A stretch of DNA of 64,000 nucleotides from Gemmatimonadota bacterium (lineage in GTDB: Bacteria > Gemmatimonadota > Gemmatimonadetes > Gemmatimonadales > Gemmatimonadaceae), in NCBI GenBank assembly GCA_003155795.1, contig PMEM01000043.1, forward strand, positions 31,925-95,924, read 5' to 3'. How positions within the stretch are numbered: the first letter of the stretch is position 1; each line of letters opens with the position of its first letter. The translations under genes and the position numbers were made by a program. Positions 1 to 10,584 of this stretch are shown piece after piece. Below the pieces are notes generated by a model that saw nothing but the letters and a program-made list of their open reading frames with translations, had not been told where the DNA came from and ran no database searches.

Positions 1-13
1 GGAATAGCTGCAT

Positions 14-529
14 TTGTTGGCGCAGGCCTGTTCCTCCCAAGTACAGTGTTACCGCGCGAGTGCATGTCGTCCTATCACTTACTTTGAGGAGTTCTCAATG
101 GAATCAGCCGATTCACCAGTATTCCCGCGTGCGCAAACAGCACGAAAGGATTTTGTACAAGGAGCTCGCCCCGCAGTTTCGCCAGAAGTCTCTGGGACAT
201 TCGAGTGCCCGGTGTGTGGAGAGCGCGAGCGGTTTGTTGGCACCGACATTCATGGTGCTGATGGCCCCGATGCCTGCAACTGCGACCGTCCCGGTGGAGA
301 CCACGATCTGGAATGTGGAATTTATGAGGATGTAGAACTGGTCCAGCACTTCCTGGTTATCTCCCAGGATGGTACCAGCGAGGGTGCTAACATCGACTAC
401 GACTCGCACGAAGGCGGTTGCTCGGGTGCTGAGATCGTCAGTTACACCTCAATCCACTGCGGTAATTGCGAGAGCCTCGTATGGGAGGAAGGTTTGCCGA
501 CGAGCAGTCCGATACCAGTGCGGGGGTGA
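14..529 (+). CDS. Cys-rich zinc-ribbon-like hypothetical protein
   Basis: ORF track. Contains CxxC pairs (CPVCGE, CGNCES) plus CNCD. Likely true start is the ATG at 98 (MESADS). Confidence 0.35.
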   Translation: MLAQACSSQVQCYRASACRPITYFEEFSMESADSPVFPRAQTARKDFVQGARPAVSPEVSGTFECPVCGERERFVGTDIHGADGPDACNCDRPGGDHDLECGIYEDVELVQHFLVISQDGTSEGANIDYDSHEGGCSGAEIVSYTSIHCGNCESLVWEEGLPTSSPIPVRG

Positions 530-634
530 CCGGGTTGCAACTCGTTACCTGACCTACATTCCGGGACGAAGGAAAGCGGCGCGGGTGCATGGAGATGAAT
601 CACATTCTCTCCGCGCATTCGCGCCGGGTCGCAT

Positions 635-1690
635 ATGGCATCCCCGATCTATCTCTACGAAGGTGAAGCGAACGCTGGACTCCATGCGATTGCACCTGGC
701 TCATGTTCTCTTGTAGTCACGTCACCACGGTATCTCTCACTCGTTGATTACGAGGCTGTAAGCCGTGGGCGAGCACTCAAGTGGCGTGATGGTGCGCAGC
801 TTGAGTCGCTCGACGCTTATGTACGCGAGCACCTTGAGAGTGTTCAGCAGATGGCGGAAATCTGCGCGCCCGATGCAACAATCTGCATCGAGATTGACTT
901 CTACCGTGACACAGAAGGACGCTGCCTGTTACCACTTCCAGACTTGTTCCGCGACATTTTGGTGGGATGTGGTTTTAGAATCGCGGAGAATGTCACACTA
1001 GCGCGCTACTTGGCACATGGTAGACGGAGCGGGCACTTCATCAAGTCAGCGGGGAAGCCAGGCACACTGTTTCCGGATAATCTGACGAGCGCGCTCATTA
1101 TTGCGAAGCGGGGTAATCCGGATGCGCGGTTGCGGCGCGGCGCGCGGCCAAAGGATCATTTGGATGTCGAAGCGCATCGGCGTTTCCTCGTCAATCTGTG
1201 GCGGATTAGTCCACCTGGGAAACGTGTATTGCCAGCGAATCATCCCGTGCCGATGGATGACGATGTGGTGCGAGCTCTTATCAGCGCGTATTCGCTACCG
1301 GGGGATACCGTGCTGGATTGCTGGGCCGGTTCTGGCACTGTCGGACGAATTTCCTCCGAGCTCGAACGCGAGTCTGTTCTGATTGAACGAGTCCCTCGTT
1401 TTGCAGCTTACATGCGTGAGCACCTGGGCGCACAACAACTCGTATGTCGCCCTCGGCCGCTAATCGTGCAAAGCGGTCAGATCGCGCTCCCGCTGGGAGT
1501 GCCAGCGATCACTGCCCTTCGCCGCGCCTTCAAGGAGAAAGCAGTAGGTGGAATCACGCCGCGGATGCGGGGGATTGCACGGCGTGTGCAGGCAGACGCT
1601 GGTGTAGAGGTACCGCCTGAGTTGATGGCCCTGGCTCTCAGGGCAGCACGTGCGTATTGGGCAAAGGGCGAGGCCAAAACGGCAGCCTGA
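635..1690 (+). CDS. N4/N6-type DNA methyltransferase (beta-class motif order) with variant motif IV
   Basis: 351 aa. Motif IV-like VVTSPRY sits upstream of motif I DTVLDCWAGSGTVG. The second Pro of the S/DPPY motif is replaced by Arg. Confidence 0.7.
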   Translation: MASPIYLYEGEANAGLHAIAPGSCSLVVTSPRYLSLVDYEAVSRGRALKWRDGAQLESLDAYVREHLESVQQMAEICAPDATICIEIDFYRDTEGRCLLPLPDLFRDILVGCGFRIAENVTLARYLAHGRRSGHFIKSAGKPGTLFPDNLTSALIIAKRGNPDARLRRGARPKDHLDVEAHRRFLVNLWRISPPGKRVLPANHPVPMDDDVVRALISAYSLPGDTVLDCWAGSGTVGRISSELERESVLIERVPRFAAYMREHLGAQQLVCRPRPLIVQSGQIALPLGVPAITALRRAFKEKAVGGITPRMRGIARRVQADAGVEVPPELMALALRAARAYWAKGEAKTAA

Positions 1691-1766
1691 TCCGCGCAGC
1701 CTCGACCTGCGCCGCGAGCGCATTCCTCCGGAGTAATCACACTCACACCCCCGGAGGGTCATCGCC

Positions 1767-3629
1767 ATGATGACCAAACTCGAATTCAGCACATGGAACC
1801 TGCGAAATGCCGAGCCGGCATCCGTCGCAGCGTTCGTGGCTGCCGGGGTCCCGCATCTTATCGCATGCATTCTCGCCGCCAGGGGCTTCCGTTCGATGGA
1901 GGAAGTCACCGCCTTCGCGGAATTGTCAGCTCGCAACATGACCTCGCCCGGCGATCTGGACGGGATGGAGCAAGCAATGGCGCGTCTTACACTCGCGATT
2001 GTGCGTGGTGAGCGTGTCTTTGTTCATGGCGACTTCGACGCCGACGGTGTGACGTCAACCTCGATACTGATGCGCGGTCTCGATACGCTTGGCCTCCAGG
2101 CAACGGCATACGTCCCTGACCGAGCGATTGATGGCCACGGCTTCAAGGAGGCTGCTGTCGAGCGTGCGTGTGACGTCGGGGCGAAGCTCATCATCACAAT
2201 TGACTGTGGTGTGTCGTCACGTGAGACGGTGGAGCTGGCGTCTTCGATCGGGATCGACACCATCATAATCGATCATCACGAACCAGACGGTGTCCTTCCT
2301 ACTGCAGCGGCCGTCATCGATCCGAAGGCATATCCTCGGAAGGACGGAGTACTTACAGATGTGTCCGCGGCGATGCTTGCATACAAGGTCGTGTGGGCTG
2401 CGCTCCGACTTGCGGTTGATCGTGGTGATGTCGTAGAGACGGACGCGAAGCGCGTACTGCGCGAATGCCTCGACCTCGCAGCGATTGGAACGATCGCAGA
2501 CTCGATGCCACTCGTCGGGGAGAATCGTGGTCTCGTACGTACGGCTCTGGATCGCTTGCGTCACACGGAGAGCGCAGGCCTGTCCGCATTACTGAACGAC
2601 GCACTTGCTCCACGGAATCGCCCCGGCCGTGGGGGCGTTATCAAACCTGTGAGACCCTTCCGCAGGCGAGAGGTTCTTATCGCCGCAACTCCGGAGAAGC
2701 GTGTAACAGCCAGAGACATCTCCCATGCGGTTGCGCCTGTGCTCAATGCCTTCGGGCGAATGGGTGATGCGGCGCGCGCTGTGTCGTTGCTCACGGCAGG
2801 CCGCGCGACGGCGCCAGGTCTCGCGACTGTTGGTCGCTACGAGAACGAGGCTCGTCGTGCAGAGGAGCAGAGGGTGTACGAATGCGCACTGGCGCAGGTG
2901 GACATCTCGGAGGAGTCAGGGGCGATCGTTGCCGTGGGTGAGGACTGGCATCCAGGGGTGCTCGGCAACGTCGCACCGCGTCTTGCTGAAAAATTCGGTC
3001 GGCCAGCGGTCGTGCTCAGTTTCAGGAATGGGGCAGCTCGTACACGTACAGATCTTGCTCGCGGTAGCGCTCGCGGCCCAGCCGGGAGCAACGTGCTTGG
3101 GTTGTTGCAGAGTGTGAGTGCGCACATCAAGGACTTCGGTGGGCATAAAGGTGCGGCCGGGGTCAGCGTTGAGCGTCGTCATCTCGACGGGTTCCGCGAC
3201 GCATTCCATGCTTCAGCGGAACATGCCCTGGGATCCGGTACTCCTGCAACGCCATTCGATGTGGACGCAACCGCTACTCTCTCAGAGCTACTCGATACAG
3301 CGTTAACCCCATGGATCGAGCGTCTTGAGCCATTCGGGCGTGGAAATCCGGAACCGACTATTCGGGTCGAGCAGGTATTCATCGCTGGTGCTCGTCTCGT
3401 CGGAGAGAAGCACGTCGCCGGCGAACTCCGCGTTGGTAGCGCGAGCCTTCCATTCATCGGCTTCAACATCGCGGACAACTATCCACCACAGTGGCTGTCG
3501 GGCAGTTACTGGACTGTTATTGGTCACCTCAGCCATGATCCGCGCGGAGGGCTGCAATTCCGCGTGACAGATCTTCGTGCAGTTGAACACCGCACGGTTG
3601 GAACCACCATCGTTTCTGCTGCTGCATAA
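1767..3629 (+). CDS. recJ: single-stranded-DNA exonuclease RecJ-like (DHH/DHHA1)
   Basis: 620 aa. DHH motifs HGDFDADG, ITIDCG and IIIDHH, plus DHHA1 motif FGGHKGAAG. Confidence 0.85.
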   Translation: MMTKLEFSTWNLRNAEPASVAAFVAAGVPHLIACILAARGFRSMEEVTAFAELSARNMTSPGDLDGMEQAMARLTLAIVRGERVFVHGDFDADGVTSTSILMRGLDTLGLQATAYVPDRAIDGHGFKEAAVERACDVGAKLIITIDCGVSSRETVELASSIGIDTIIIDHHEPDGVLPTAAAVIDPKAYPRKDGVLTDVSAAMLAYKVVWAALRLAVDRGDVVETDAKRVLRECLDLAAIGTIADSMPLVGENRGLVRTALDRLRHTESAGLSALLNDALAPRNRPGRGGVIKPVRPFRRREVLIAATPEKRVTARDISHAVAPVLNAFGRMGDAARAVSLLTAGRATAPGLATVGRYENEARRAEEQRVYECALAQVDISEESGAIVAVGEDWHPGVLGNVAPRLAEKFGRPAVVLSFRNGAARTRTDLARGSARGPAGSNVLGLLQSVSAHIKDFGGHKGAAGVSVERRHLDGFRDAFHASAEHALGSGTPATPFDVDATATLSELLDTALTPWIERLEPFGRGNPEPTIRVEQVFIAGARLVGEKHVAGELRVGSASLPFIGFNIADNYPPQWLSGSYWTVIGHLSHDPRGGLQFRVTDLRAVEHRTVGTTIVSAAA

Positions 3630-4405
3630 CAACACGCCTTTGGCCAGAATTCCTGGTGTGCATTTACTGGACAGTTGTTCACAAGCAAGAATGTTTATAG
3701 TGCGGAACCGCACTCACTTTCCATTACACCATGCAAGTTGTTACGTGGCCATGACTTCCGGGTGTTGCTTGAGGATCCCGATTACCTGAAACCCGTTGGA
3801 GAACCTGATTTATCTGGTGTGTAATCCGGGTGCCGAGGTCGATCCTTAGACCAATGGGACGATCTCAGTGTGCTCCGAAATGCGTTTGGTGGATAGGCGG
3901 GTGTATCCTCCTCAGAGCATGTTGCACTTCGTGCCAGAATACAGGAGTTGCTATTCGTGGGAACCGTTTCTACACAACCACCGATCGCCGGACCGTCGGC
4001 AATGGTTAGCGAAATTTTATCTCCGCGTTCGGCGCTGGCAGCAGTCCGGCAGCTTTGCGTCCAGCCTGTTGATAAGACACGTTTCGAGTCCGTAGTCCGT
4101 CGGTATTTTATCTTGCTGCGTTGTGCGAGTGGAGTTGACGGATGCGAAGCGGCTGCTGCAGACTCCAATGATGATTTCGCGTTGGACGATCAGATATTAG
4201 CGGATCAGGCGTTTCTGTTGCTTTCGTTCGGCATCCGTGTGCCTACGACTCGCGATGTTCGCGATGCGCTATTTGGTGGCCGTGGACATGGGGGCCTAGC
4301 GCCGCCCGGTCGTTTGCGGCTAGTTTCAGAAAGTACGACAACGAAGTAGCAGGATCAGCAGGACAAGAATTCGTAGGACTGACAACTTACTCTGACCAAA
4401 ATGGC

Positions 4406-5620
4406 ATGACTGCCTCTCGCCCATGGCGTGGGATCAGCATGCACCGGCGGCGCGTGATGTTGGGGAAATCAACCCTCAGCAGCACGACGAGCTCGGCGCG
4501 TGCTATCCCGCGATTAGTGAAGCATCTCGTATCGCCAAGCGTCGAAGTCATCGCATGCAGCCTTGCGTTGGGCTTCACCGTCGCGCCGATTACCGCAAGC
4601 GCGCAAGCCGGTATGGTTTGGGCCGTATCATTTAACGGTAGCGTTGCGTCACCGCCTTCGGCTGTATCTTCGACCGTACCGATGGCAGGGGCACCACCGG
4701 CGGCACCAAGGGTTCGGGTTCTCGCCGGAGACATGCCTGTTCATAAGTCTGCGCCGCGTCGTGATGGTTTAGCCTCACCGCGCCCGTCACGCCTTCCGGA
4801 CGTTGCAGAGGCACAGGTCGCACGGTGGGCCACTGCATACAGCACAGTTTACAAGGCTTCATTCGTTCGCGCCATCTCGCGCGGCCAGCCTTACGGTGAG
4901 ATGATCGCCACCAAATTGCGGAACGCCGGATTACCCGGCGCGCTCATCTACCTTCCAGTCGTTGAGAGTCGGTTTAGCCCGGGCGCGAAGTCGAGCGCTG
5001 GCGCTGTTGGACTCTGGCAGTTCATGCCGTCCACGGCGCGCGGCTACGGCTTGCGTGTGGACACCTGGGTTGACGAGCGCCGCGATCCTTATCGCGCGAC
5101 TGATGCTGCTGTGCGATACCTCCGCGACCTTCACAGGAACTTCGGTGACTGGTACTTGGCCCTCGCCGCATACAACGGCGGCGATGGGCGCGTAGCGCGC
5201 GCCGTACGGGCAAGTGGTGGGAAGGGAAGTGTGCATGCCTTCTGGGCGGCTCAGTCAGAGTTACCGCGAGAGACGCGTGACTACGTGCCGCAATTGCTTG
5301 GTGTCGCGCGCGTTGGCGCAAACCCGGCGAAGTACGGGGTAGTGATCCCTGTTGAACCACTATCAGAAAGCCTTGTCAGGGTGATGCTACCGCCGGCGTC
5401 CCGGCTCACAGCGTTGGCCGACGTGTGGGGGATCTCGCTTGACGAGATCGCTCGACTGAATCCGGCTCTGAATTGGGCAGCGACACCGCCCGATCGCAGC
5501 TATGCCGTCGTTGTACCGAGTGAGCAGGCAGAATCGAAGCGTGATGCTTTCATGCGGCTTCCGTCGCGGGTCCGGATTCTGACCCGGACGGAGATCGCCC
5601 GAATTTCAGGGAGAAGTTGA
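4406..5620 (+). CDS. lytic transglycosylase (SLT domain) with C-terminal LysM-like segment
   Basis: LPVVESRFSPGAKSSAGAVGLWQFMPSTA and AAYNGG are typical of the SLT/MltD family. N-terminal hydrophobic region. Start codon uncertain. Confidence 0.8.
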   Translation: MTASRPWRGISMHRRRVMLGKSTLSSTTSSARAIPRLVKHLVSPSVEVIACSLALGFTVAPITASAQAGMVWAVSFNGSVASPPSAVSSTVPMAGAPPAAPRVRVLAGDMPVHKSAPRRDGLASPRPSRLPDVAEAQVARWATAYSTVYKASFVRAISRGQPYGEMIATKLRNAGLPGALIYLPVVESRFSPGAKSSAGAVGLWQFMPSTARGYGLRVDTWVDERRDPYRATDAAVRYLRDLHRNFGDWYLALAAYNGGDGRVARAVRASGGKGSVHAFWAAQSELPRETRDYVPQLLGVARVGANPAKYGVVIPVEPLSESLVRVMLPPASRLTALADVWGISLDEIARLNPALNWAATPPDRSYAVVVPSEQAESKRDAFMRLPSRVRILTRTEIARISGRS

Positions 5621-6243
5621 GGGTGCTCTATTCCCAAAGTCGGAATTTTGTATTTATGGCAGCGGCTGCCTCGATAGTGATACCGATATCAGGTCAGGCA
5701 CAACTCCCATCGCATCCAACGTCCCGGCGACCGGCGGTAAGCAATGTCGTCGCCAAAGTTCCGGAACGCCTGGTCGGCGCGGTCGGCATCGAATCTCTCG
5801 TATGGGGGAGTGATACGGGTACCGTCAATCGAGCACTCGCACTTGCAGGCTACAAACGACAGGGCGCACCGGTTCTGTATACGCATGACCGCGATATCAG
5901 CGATGGCACCTCTGAGCTAGCGGAGACCTACATGCATCAGATTGGCGTTGTACCCGCGACTTTCAGGTTCGCGTTTTCAAACCATCGGCTTTCGCGGGTT
6001 GGCGTGATTGTGCACGACAACCCCAACGAGGGTGTAGATGTGCGACGAGCTTATCCGAGGATTCTCAGGACACTCATCGTACAGTTTGGTGCGCCGAGCC
6101 AAGTGGTGAATTCAGGTCTGAGGCAGGCGATGTGGACTGGATCTCACACTCGCTCATTGGTCACCCTAGCCGAGGCGAATACTCCGACCGGGAAGGGTGA
6201 ACACCAGCGGATCGTCATGCTCAACTTGTTTCCACTTCGATAG
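5617..6243 (+). CDS. hypothetical secreted protein
   Basis: 208-aa ORF abutting the upstream stop. Signal-like MAAAASIVIPISGQAQ. No recognised motif. Confidence 0.4.
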   Translation: MRVLYSQSRNFVFMAAAASIVIPISGQAQLPSHPTSRRPAVSNVVAKVPERLVGAVGIESLVWGSDTGTVNRALALAGYKRQGAPVLYTHDRDISDGTSELAETYMHQIGVVPATFRFAFSNHRLSRVGVIVHDNPNEGVDVRRAYPRILRTLIVQFGAPSQVVNSGLRQAMWTGSHTRSLVTLAEANTPTGKGEHQRIVMLNLFPLR

Positions 6244-6383
6244 CCACACGAGCGGCCAGGAGGACCTGCAGCCAACGTTCCAGGTGTAAGGCAAGGTCAC
6301 CCCGGGCTGTCTTGTGTACCGCCTGATCCGCCACACAACTGGTGGACTGACTTCAGGCGTTCATACCACCATAGAGGCCCCCG

Positions 6384-7694
6384 ATGCAGCCACCGCGATT
6401 GCTCGCCACTCTTTCTGTCTTCGATCGCTACACGTTTCCTCGATTCGGGCCAGATGCTCTTGCGTCGATGCTTCGGGAGGGCCGTGTAACGACCGCCCGC
6501 TTGAATGCGCGTGCTGATGCGATTGGTCCAATTGGTTGCGCCGATCTGCTTCATGTCATCATGGAGAACGTGCGGCCGCGTCGTGGCGTCGAATCGTTGT
6601 CTGGAACAGATGATGTGAATCGTGAGCGAGTCCAGGTGAAGGTTGCCGAGGACATGCTCGGTGAATCGTTAGTAGCAGACATCGTTGCGCGCGGGAATGC
6701 GGAGGGCGCACTCCCGTTTATCCGTTGGGGTTCCCGAACGACAGCCGTTGCTGCAGTAAGGGCGGTGAACGGTCGTGCCGCGTCGCGATACAACCCACCG
6801 CTCGCCAGTGACATCGTCAAGCAGGCGACTGACGCGATACTAGATCATGGTGCAGAGGACCAAAATCTGAATGGACCGAGCACGATCGACCTCGCTCGGG
6901 GAATTCGTTCGCGCGCCCTCTTCGACGAGATCGCGGAGGCGACCAACCGTGCGCACGGGTCTGAAACACCGGAGGAGAGTGCGCGTGCGGCGCGTGGTGA
7001 AGCTGTCCTTTTTGAGTCCCTCACGAATCCATTGTGTCAGCCGTACGGGGATGGTGGTCGAGATTCGGCGGCTGGCCGGCAGCAGCGTGCGCGGATCCTC
7101 GAGGTTACGGGTAGTCCGCATACGATCAGCATGGTGTGGGCACTTTCGGGTCAAGATCCAGTGGAGGCAGGTGCTGTTCTGGACGCGCTTGGCCGGACAG
7201 CGATCGTATCCTACGCCCGGTCGAACCGCGGTGCGACGACGTTGCGACACGCTGAACGCGCCGTGAAATGTCTTACAGTCGCGGAGCTTGTGATGCATTC
7301 GCTCGGATATTCGAGCGGCGGCGTGCCTCCTCATCACGCTGAGGCAATCGCAACTTTGAGGGATACTGCCATTGGTCTGCGCGCGAATAGTCACGGTGCT
7401 GCTTCGAACGGCTGGGCGCGTCAGCTATCCGCAAGTTCACTGATGGAATTCAACCACGTTGCAACGAGCTTTTTGAAGCTGACTGACCAGGCCGCTCGCG
7501 AACGCGCAGAGAGAAAACCGCGATCGCGTTCCAGTGCTGATCGATTGGTGCATACTTCACAACGTGTGACAGACCAGGTCCACGATCAGGACGATGGCGC
7601 CACCGAGGCAGGGATGTTGCCTTTGCTTGAAGATCCAGAGGCAGAGGAGAATGCCGAGTTGGGATTCCCGCTCAATTTAGGGAGTCCCAGGTAG
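6384..7694 (+). CDS. hypothetical protein
   Basis: 436-aa ORF, co-directional with its neighbours. No recognised motif. Confidence 0.4.
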   Translation: MQPPRLLATLSVFDRYTFPRFGPDALASMLREGRVTTARLNARADAIGPIGCADLLHVIMENVRPRRGVESLSGTDDVNRERVQVKVAEDMLGESLVADIVARGNAEGALPFIRWGSRTTAVAAVRAVNGRAASRYNPPLASDIVKQATDAILDHGAEDQNLNGPSTIDLARGIRSRALFDEIAEATNRAHGSETPEESARAARGEAVLFESLTNPLCQPYGDGGRDSAAGRQQRARILEVTGSPHTISMVWALSGQDPVEAGAVLDALGRTAIVSYARSNRGATTLRHAERAVKCLTVAELVMHSLGYSSGGVPPHHAEAIATLRDTAIGLRANSHGAASNGWARQLSASSLMEFNHVATSFLKLTDQAARERAERKPRSRSSADRLVHTSQRVTDQVHDQDDGATEAGMLPLLEDPEAEENAELGFPLNLGSPR

Positions 7695-7710
7695 TTATGA
7701 AGCGTCGCGG

Positions 7711-9009
7711 GTGCATGAGATAGGACTCACACATCTTCACGAGATCCTACCAATGACAGCACCAGATGCTCGTACGGCGAAAGCTATGCCGACACAGGGC
7801 CAGCTCACACTCAGCTTGTTGGACGTCCTGGCTGAGAAGCCGCGAGGCCCGAAGGCATTGGCTGATGAGCTTGCAAGAAGGTCGGATGTATCGCCCGAAG
7901 TACGGAATGCCCGAGTAACGATCGACGGTGGACGGCGTACAGTCAACTCGTTTGATCGTCATGTCCGATTCGCATTACTCAAAGCGCGCGCGTTGAAACT
8001 CGTCGAATCCCCATCGCGCAATTTGTGGACACTTACTCCCAAGGGAGAGAACGGACTACGTACCGCAACCCGTGGTGTTGTCATCACGCTGATCACAGGC
8101 GAACACGGAATCGGGTTGTGGGGATATGCCGAGGATGCTGCTGCGTTGTTGGATGACGGATCAGTCGCGCTCCTACTCACCAGCCCGCCTTATCCGCTGC
8201 TCACCCAGAAAACCTATTCTAACTTGCCAGAGCGCGAGCACACCGAGTGGTTGGTGAGGATGATCGAGCGGTACATGCCGAAGATCGATAAGCAGGGAAG
8301 CATTGTCTTGAATGTCGCGGATTGTTACCGTCGCGGAAAACCAGTCCTGAGTACTTACGTGGATCGCATGATCGTGCGCCTTGAAGACGAACTCGGTCTG
8401 CAGTTAAGCGGTCGCTTTGTGTGGGATAAGGGTAGTGCTGTTCTCCCCGCTCCTACAGAATGGTGCAATCGTCGGCGTTGCGTAGTGAAGTCGTCAACCG
8501 AATGGTTGCTGCACTTCGCGGTCGATTCGGAAGGCCGTACGCGAGCCAACAACCGGAATGTGCTTGTGCCGTACTCTGACGACATGAAGCGACTGATCGC
8601 GAGAGGAGGCCAGAAAGCAGCGGTCAGACCAAGCGGGTACTCCATGGGTGCCGGAGCATTCTCAGCGAACAATGACGGTGCAATCCCTACAAACGTGTTG
8701 CGGGTGTCGAATACCTCCTCGAACGACGCATATCACGTTGGCTGTAAGAAGCTTGGCATTCTGCGACATCCGGCCCGGTTTCCGAATGCGATCCCTAATT
8801 TCTTCATTCGCTATCTCACCGACAGTCCGGATCATCTTGTAGCCGACATCTTCGGTGGTAGCGGCACTACGGCGGAAGAAGCTGAGCGCCTGGATCGTCC
8901 GTGGTTCATTGTCGAAAGGGATATGACCTCGCTCGCTTCTGCACATGTCAGGCTTGCACCAGTTGTAGAGAACTATGTATGGCATGGCGGCCAGTTGGCG
9001 GCCGCATGA
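7711..9009 (+). CDS. N4/N6-type DNA methyltransferase with N-terminal Mrr_N-like winged helix
   Basis: Motif IV LLLTSPPYPL and motif I DIFGGSGTTAEEA. N-terminus LSLLDVLAEKPRGPKALADELA...WTLTPKG resembles a winged-helix DNA-binding domain. Alternative start at 7753. Confidence 0.8.
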   Translation: MHEIGLTHLHEILPMTAPDARTAKAMPTQGQLTLSLLDVLAEKPRGPKALADELARRSDVSPEVRNARVTIDGGRRTVNSFDRHVRFALLKARALKLVESPSRNLWTLTPKGENGLRTATRGVVITLITGEHGIGLWGYAEDAAALLDDGSVALLLTSPPYPLLTQKTYSNLPEREHTEWLVRMIERYMPKIDKQGSIVLNVADCYRRGKPVLSTYVDRMIVRLEDELGLQLSGRFVWDKGSAVLPAPTEWCNRRRCVVKSSTEWLLHFAVDSEGRTRANNRNVLVPYSDDMKRLIARGGQKAAVRPSGYSMGAGAFSANNDGAIPTNVLRVSNTSSNDAYHVGCKKLGILRHPARFPNAIPNFFIRYLTDSPDHLVADIFGGSGTTAEEAERLDRPWFIVERDMTSLASAHVRLAPVVENYVWHGGQLAAA

Positions 9010-9926
9010 AAGAGAAGCCTTCGAGTTCCCCACGCGTTCCGCGTCTCTCCGTTGGCTCGTCGACTCGGTGCGAGCGGCGCCAAGGACCAGGTAAGTGCGA
9101 TGCGTGGTTGGAAACCACCACCGATGGGCACGGCAACGCTGTGACGGTTTGCCCAGCATGTGAGCGGCGAAATAGAGGCATCTGTCGCGATTGTCCAAGG
9201 CCGGTATCTGGACGACGTGGCTACGCCACACGATGTGAAAATTGCAAAGCTCTAGCTCGGCGTGAACAAGGGCGAGTCTTTGAGGACTTGCACCGCGAGG
9301 AGAGGCTTGTGCAGAGCAGGAAGTACTATCAGGGCCATCCTGAGAAACGGGCTGCCAAAGCGACCTATCACCGAGCGCTCAGACAAGCTCAACCGGATCT
9401 AATTAAGAAGCAGAAGCGGGACGCTGGGATGAAGGGCAATGCAGCCCATGAGCACACACTTGAGTGGCATCGGAAGAATAACTCCAAGAAGCCCCGAATC
9501 CGGAAGAAACGCCGACAGGCGATGCATTCGTACTACCGGACTCATCCGAACCGGACTGTTCCCAAGTGTGCAGGGTGTGACCGGTGGCTCAGTTGGACGC
9601 CGCTACCAGGAGGCCGTGCAGGTGCCCCGCCGAAGTGGTGTGACGACTGTGCGACACCTGGCGAACGGACACGTCGAGCAAAGCTAGGGCGCTCCGTTGC
9701 TGGGTTGGTTGTGCCCCCGACGCGCAAGTACGAACCGGATGTCTATGAACTCGAAAAGGAATTTGGATTGCGCACATGCGTCACAGACGGATGTGAGGTT
9801 GTTGTCACGGGTAGGAAGAAGAAATGCAGCCGCTGCAAGGCTCGTGATGCCGCAGCCGCGCTTGAGTTCCTTGCAAAGGTTACGCGGCAGGATCAAACAC
9901 GAGTCGCGAAGAAGCGAGCAGCATAA
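9006..9926 (+). CDS. basic, Cys-rich multi-zinc-ribbon hypothetical protein
   Basis: The ATG at 9006 overlaps the methyltransferase stop (ATGA). Repeated CxxC pairs: CPACERRNRGICRDC, CENCK, CAGCD, CDDC, CSRCK. Confidence 0.5.
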   Translation: MKEKPSSSPRVPRLSVGSSTRCERRQGPGKCDAWLETTTDGHGNAVTVCPACERRNRGICRDCPRPVSGRRGYATRCENCKALARREQGRVFEDLHREERLVQSRKYYQGHPEKRAAKATYHRALRQAQPDLIKKQKRDAGMKGNAAHEHTLEWHRKNNSKKPRIRKKRRQAMHSYYRTHPNRTVPKCAGCDRWLSWTPLPGGRAGAPPKWCDDCATPGERTRRAKLGRSVAGLVVPPTRKYEPDVYELEKEFGLRTCVTDGCEVVVTGRKKKCSRCKARDAAAALEFLAKVTRQDQTRVAKKRAA

Positions 9927-9954
9927 CGTAAGGTCCTTGCGGGAGATTAGGTAA

Positions 9955-10413
9955 ATGACTGAATCAAAGAATACTAGCGCCGTGACCGACCTCGATCGTG
10001 AGGAGATCCCTGCTGCCGTGGCCGCAGCATCTCCAACCGAGATAGATCGACTTCATGCTCGGTTGGCTGAGGTCGAGGCCGAGAACCTTCGCCTTACACT
10101 GTTGCTCAATACTCCGGAGGTGACGGACTTCGCAAAGGGGGTTGTACTCGAGACGTTGCATCAGCGTGAGCGATGGGGGTCGGAACACGACGAAGGGAAA
10201 ACCCCATTCGACTGGTTTTGGCTCGTTGGCTACCTCGCACAGAAGGCAGCCTCGTCGCACCTAGCCGGGGATAGATCCAAGGCGCTGCACCATACTGTCA
10301 GCACGGCCGCCGCGCTCAACAACTGGCACGCTGCAATACTGGGGTTTACTGGGATGCGTCCCGGCATCGGGCCCGGTAATGCAGTGTTCGACACTGTGAG
10401 AAACGCCGATTAG
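9955..10413 (+). CDS. hypothetical protein
   Basis: 152-aa ORF with a coiled-coil-like N-terminus. Weak resemblance to phage all-alpha NTP-pyrophosphohydrolase-like proteins (ERWGSEHD); not secure. Confidence 0.4.
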   Translation: MTESKNTSAVTDLDREEIPAAVAAASPTEIDRLHARLAEVEAENLRLTLLLNTPEVTDFAKGVVLETLHQRERWGSEHDEGKTPFDWFWLVGYLAQKAASSHLAGDRSKALHHTVSTAAALNNWHAAILGFTGMRPGIGPGNAVFDTVRNAD

Positions 10414-10584
10414 GGGGAATCCGACCGGGAGTCGCACGGAATGGCCGGAGGGGTAGGGAAGGCGTGGGTGACGTAAGTAGTGAGTGAGCCGGGCTGTATC
10501 TGGTATAAGCGGCATCCCACCCAATCCAGACCCTTGCGGCTCTCCAGTGATTCGACGCGCAGAACCTTTACCATCTGAACCAAA

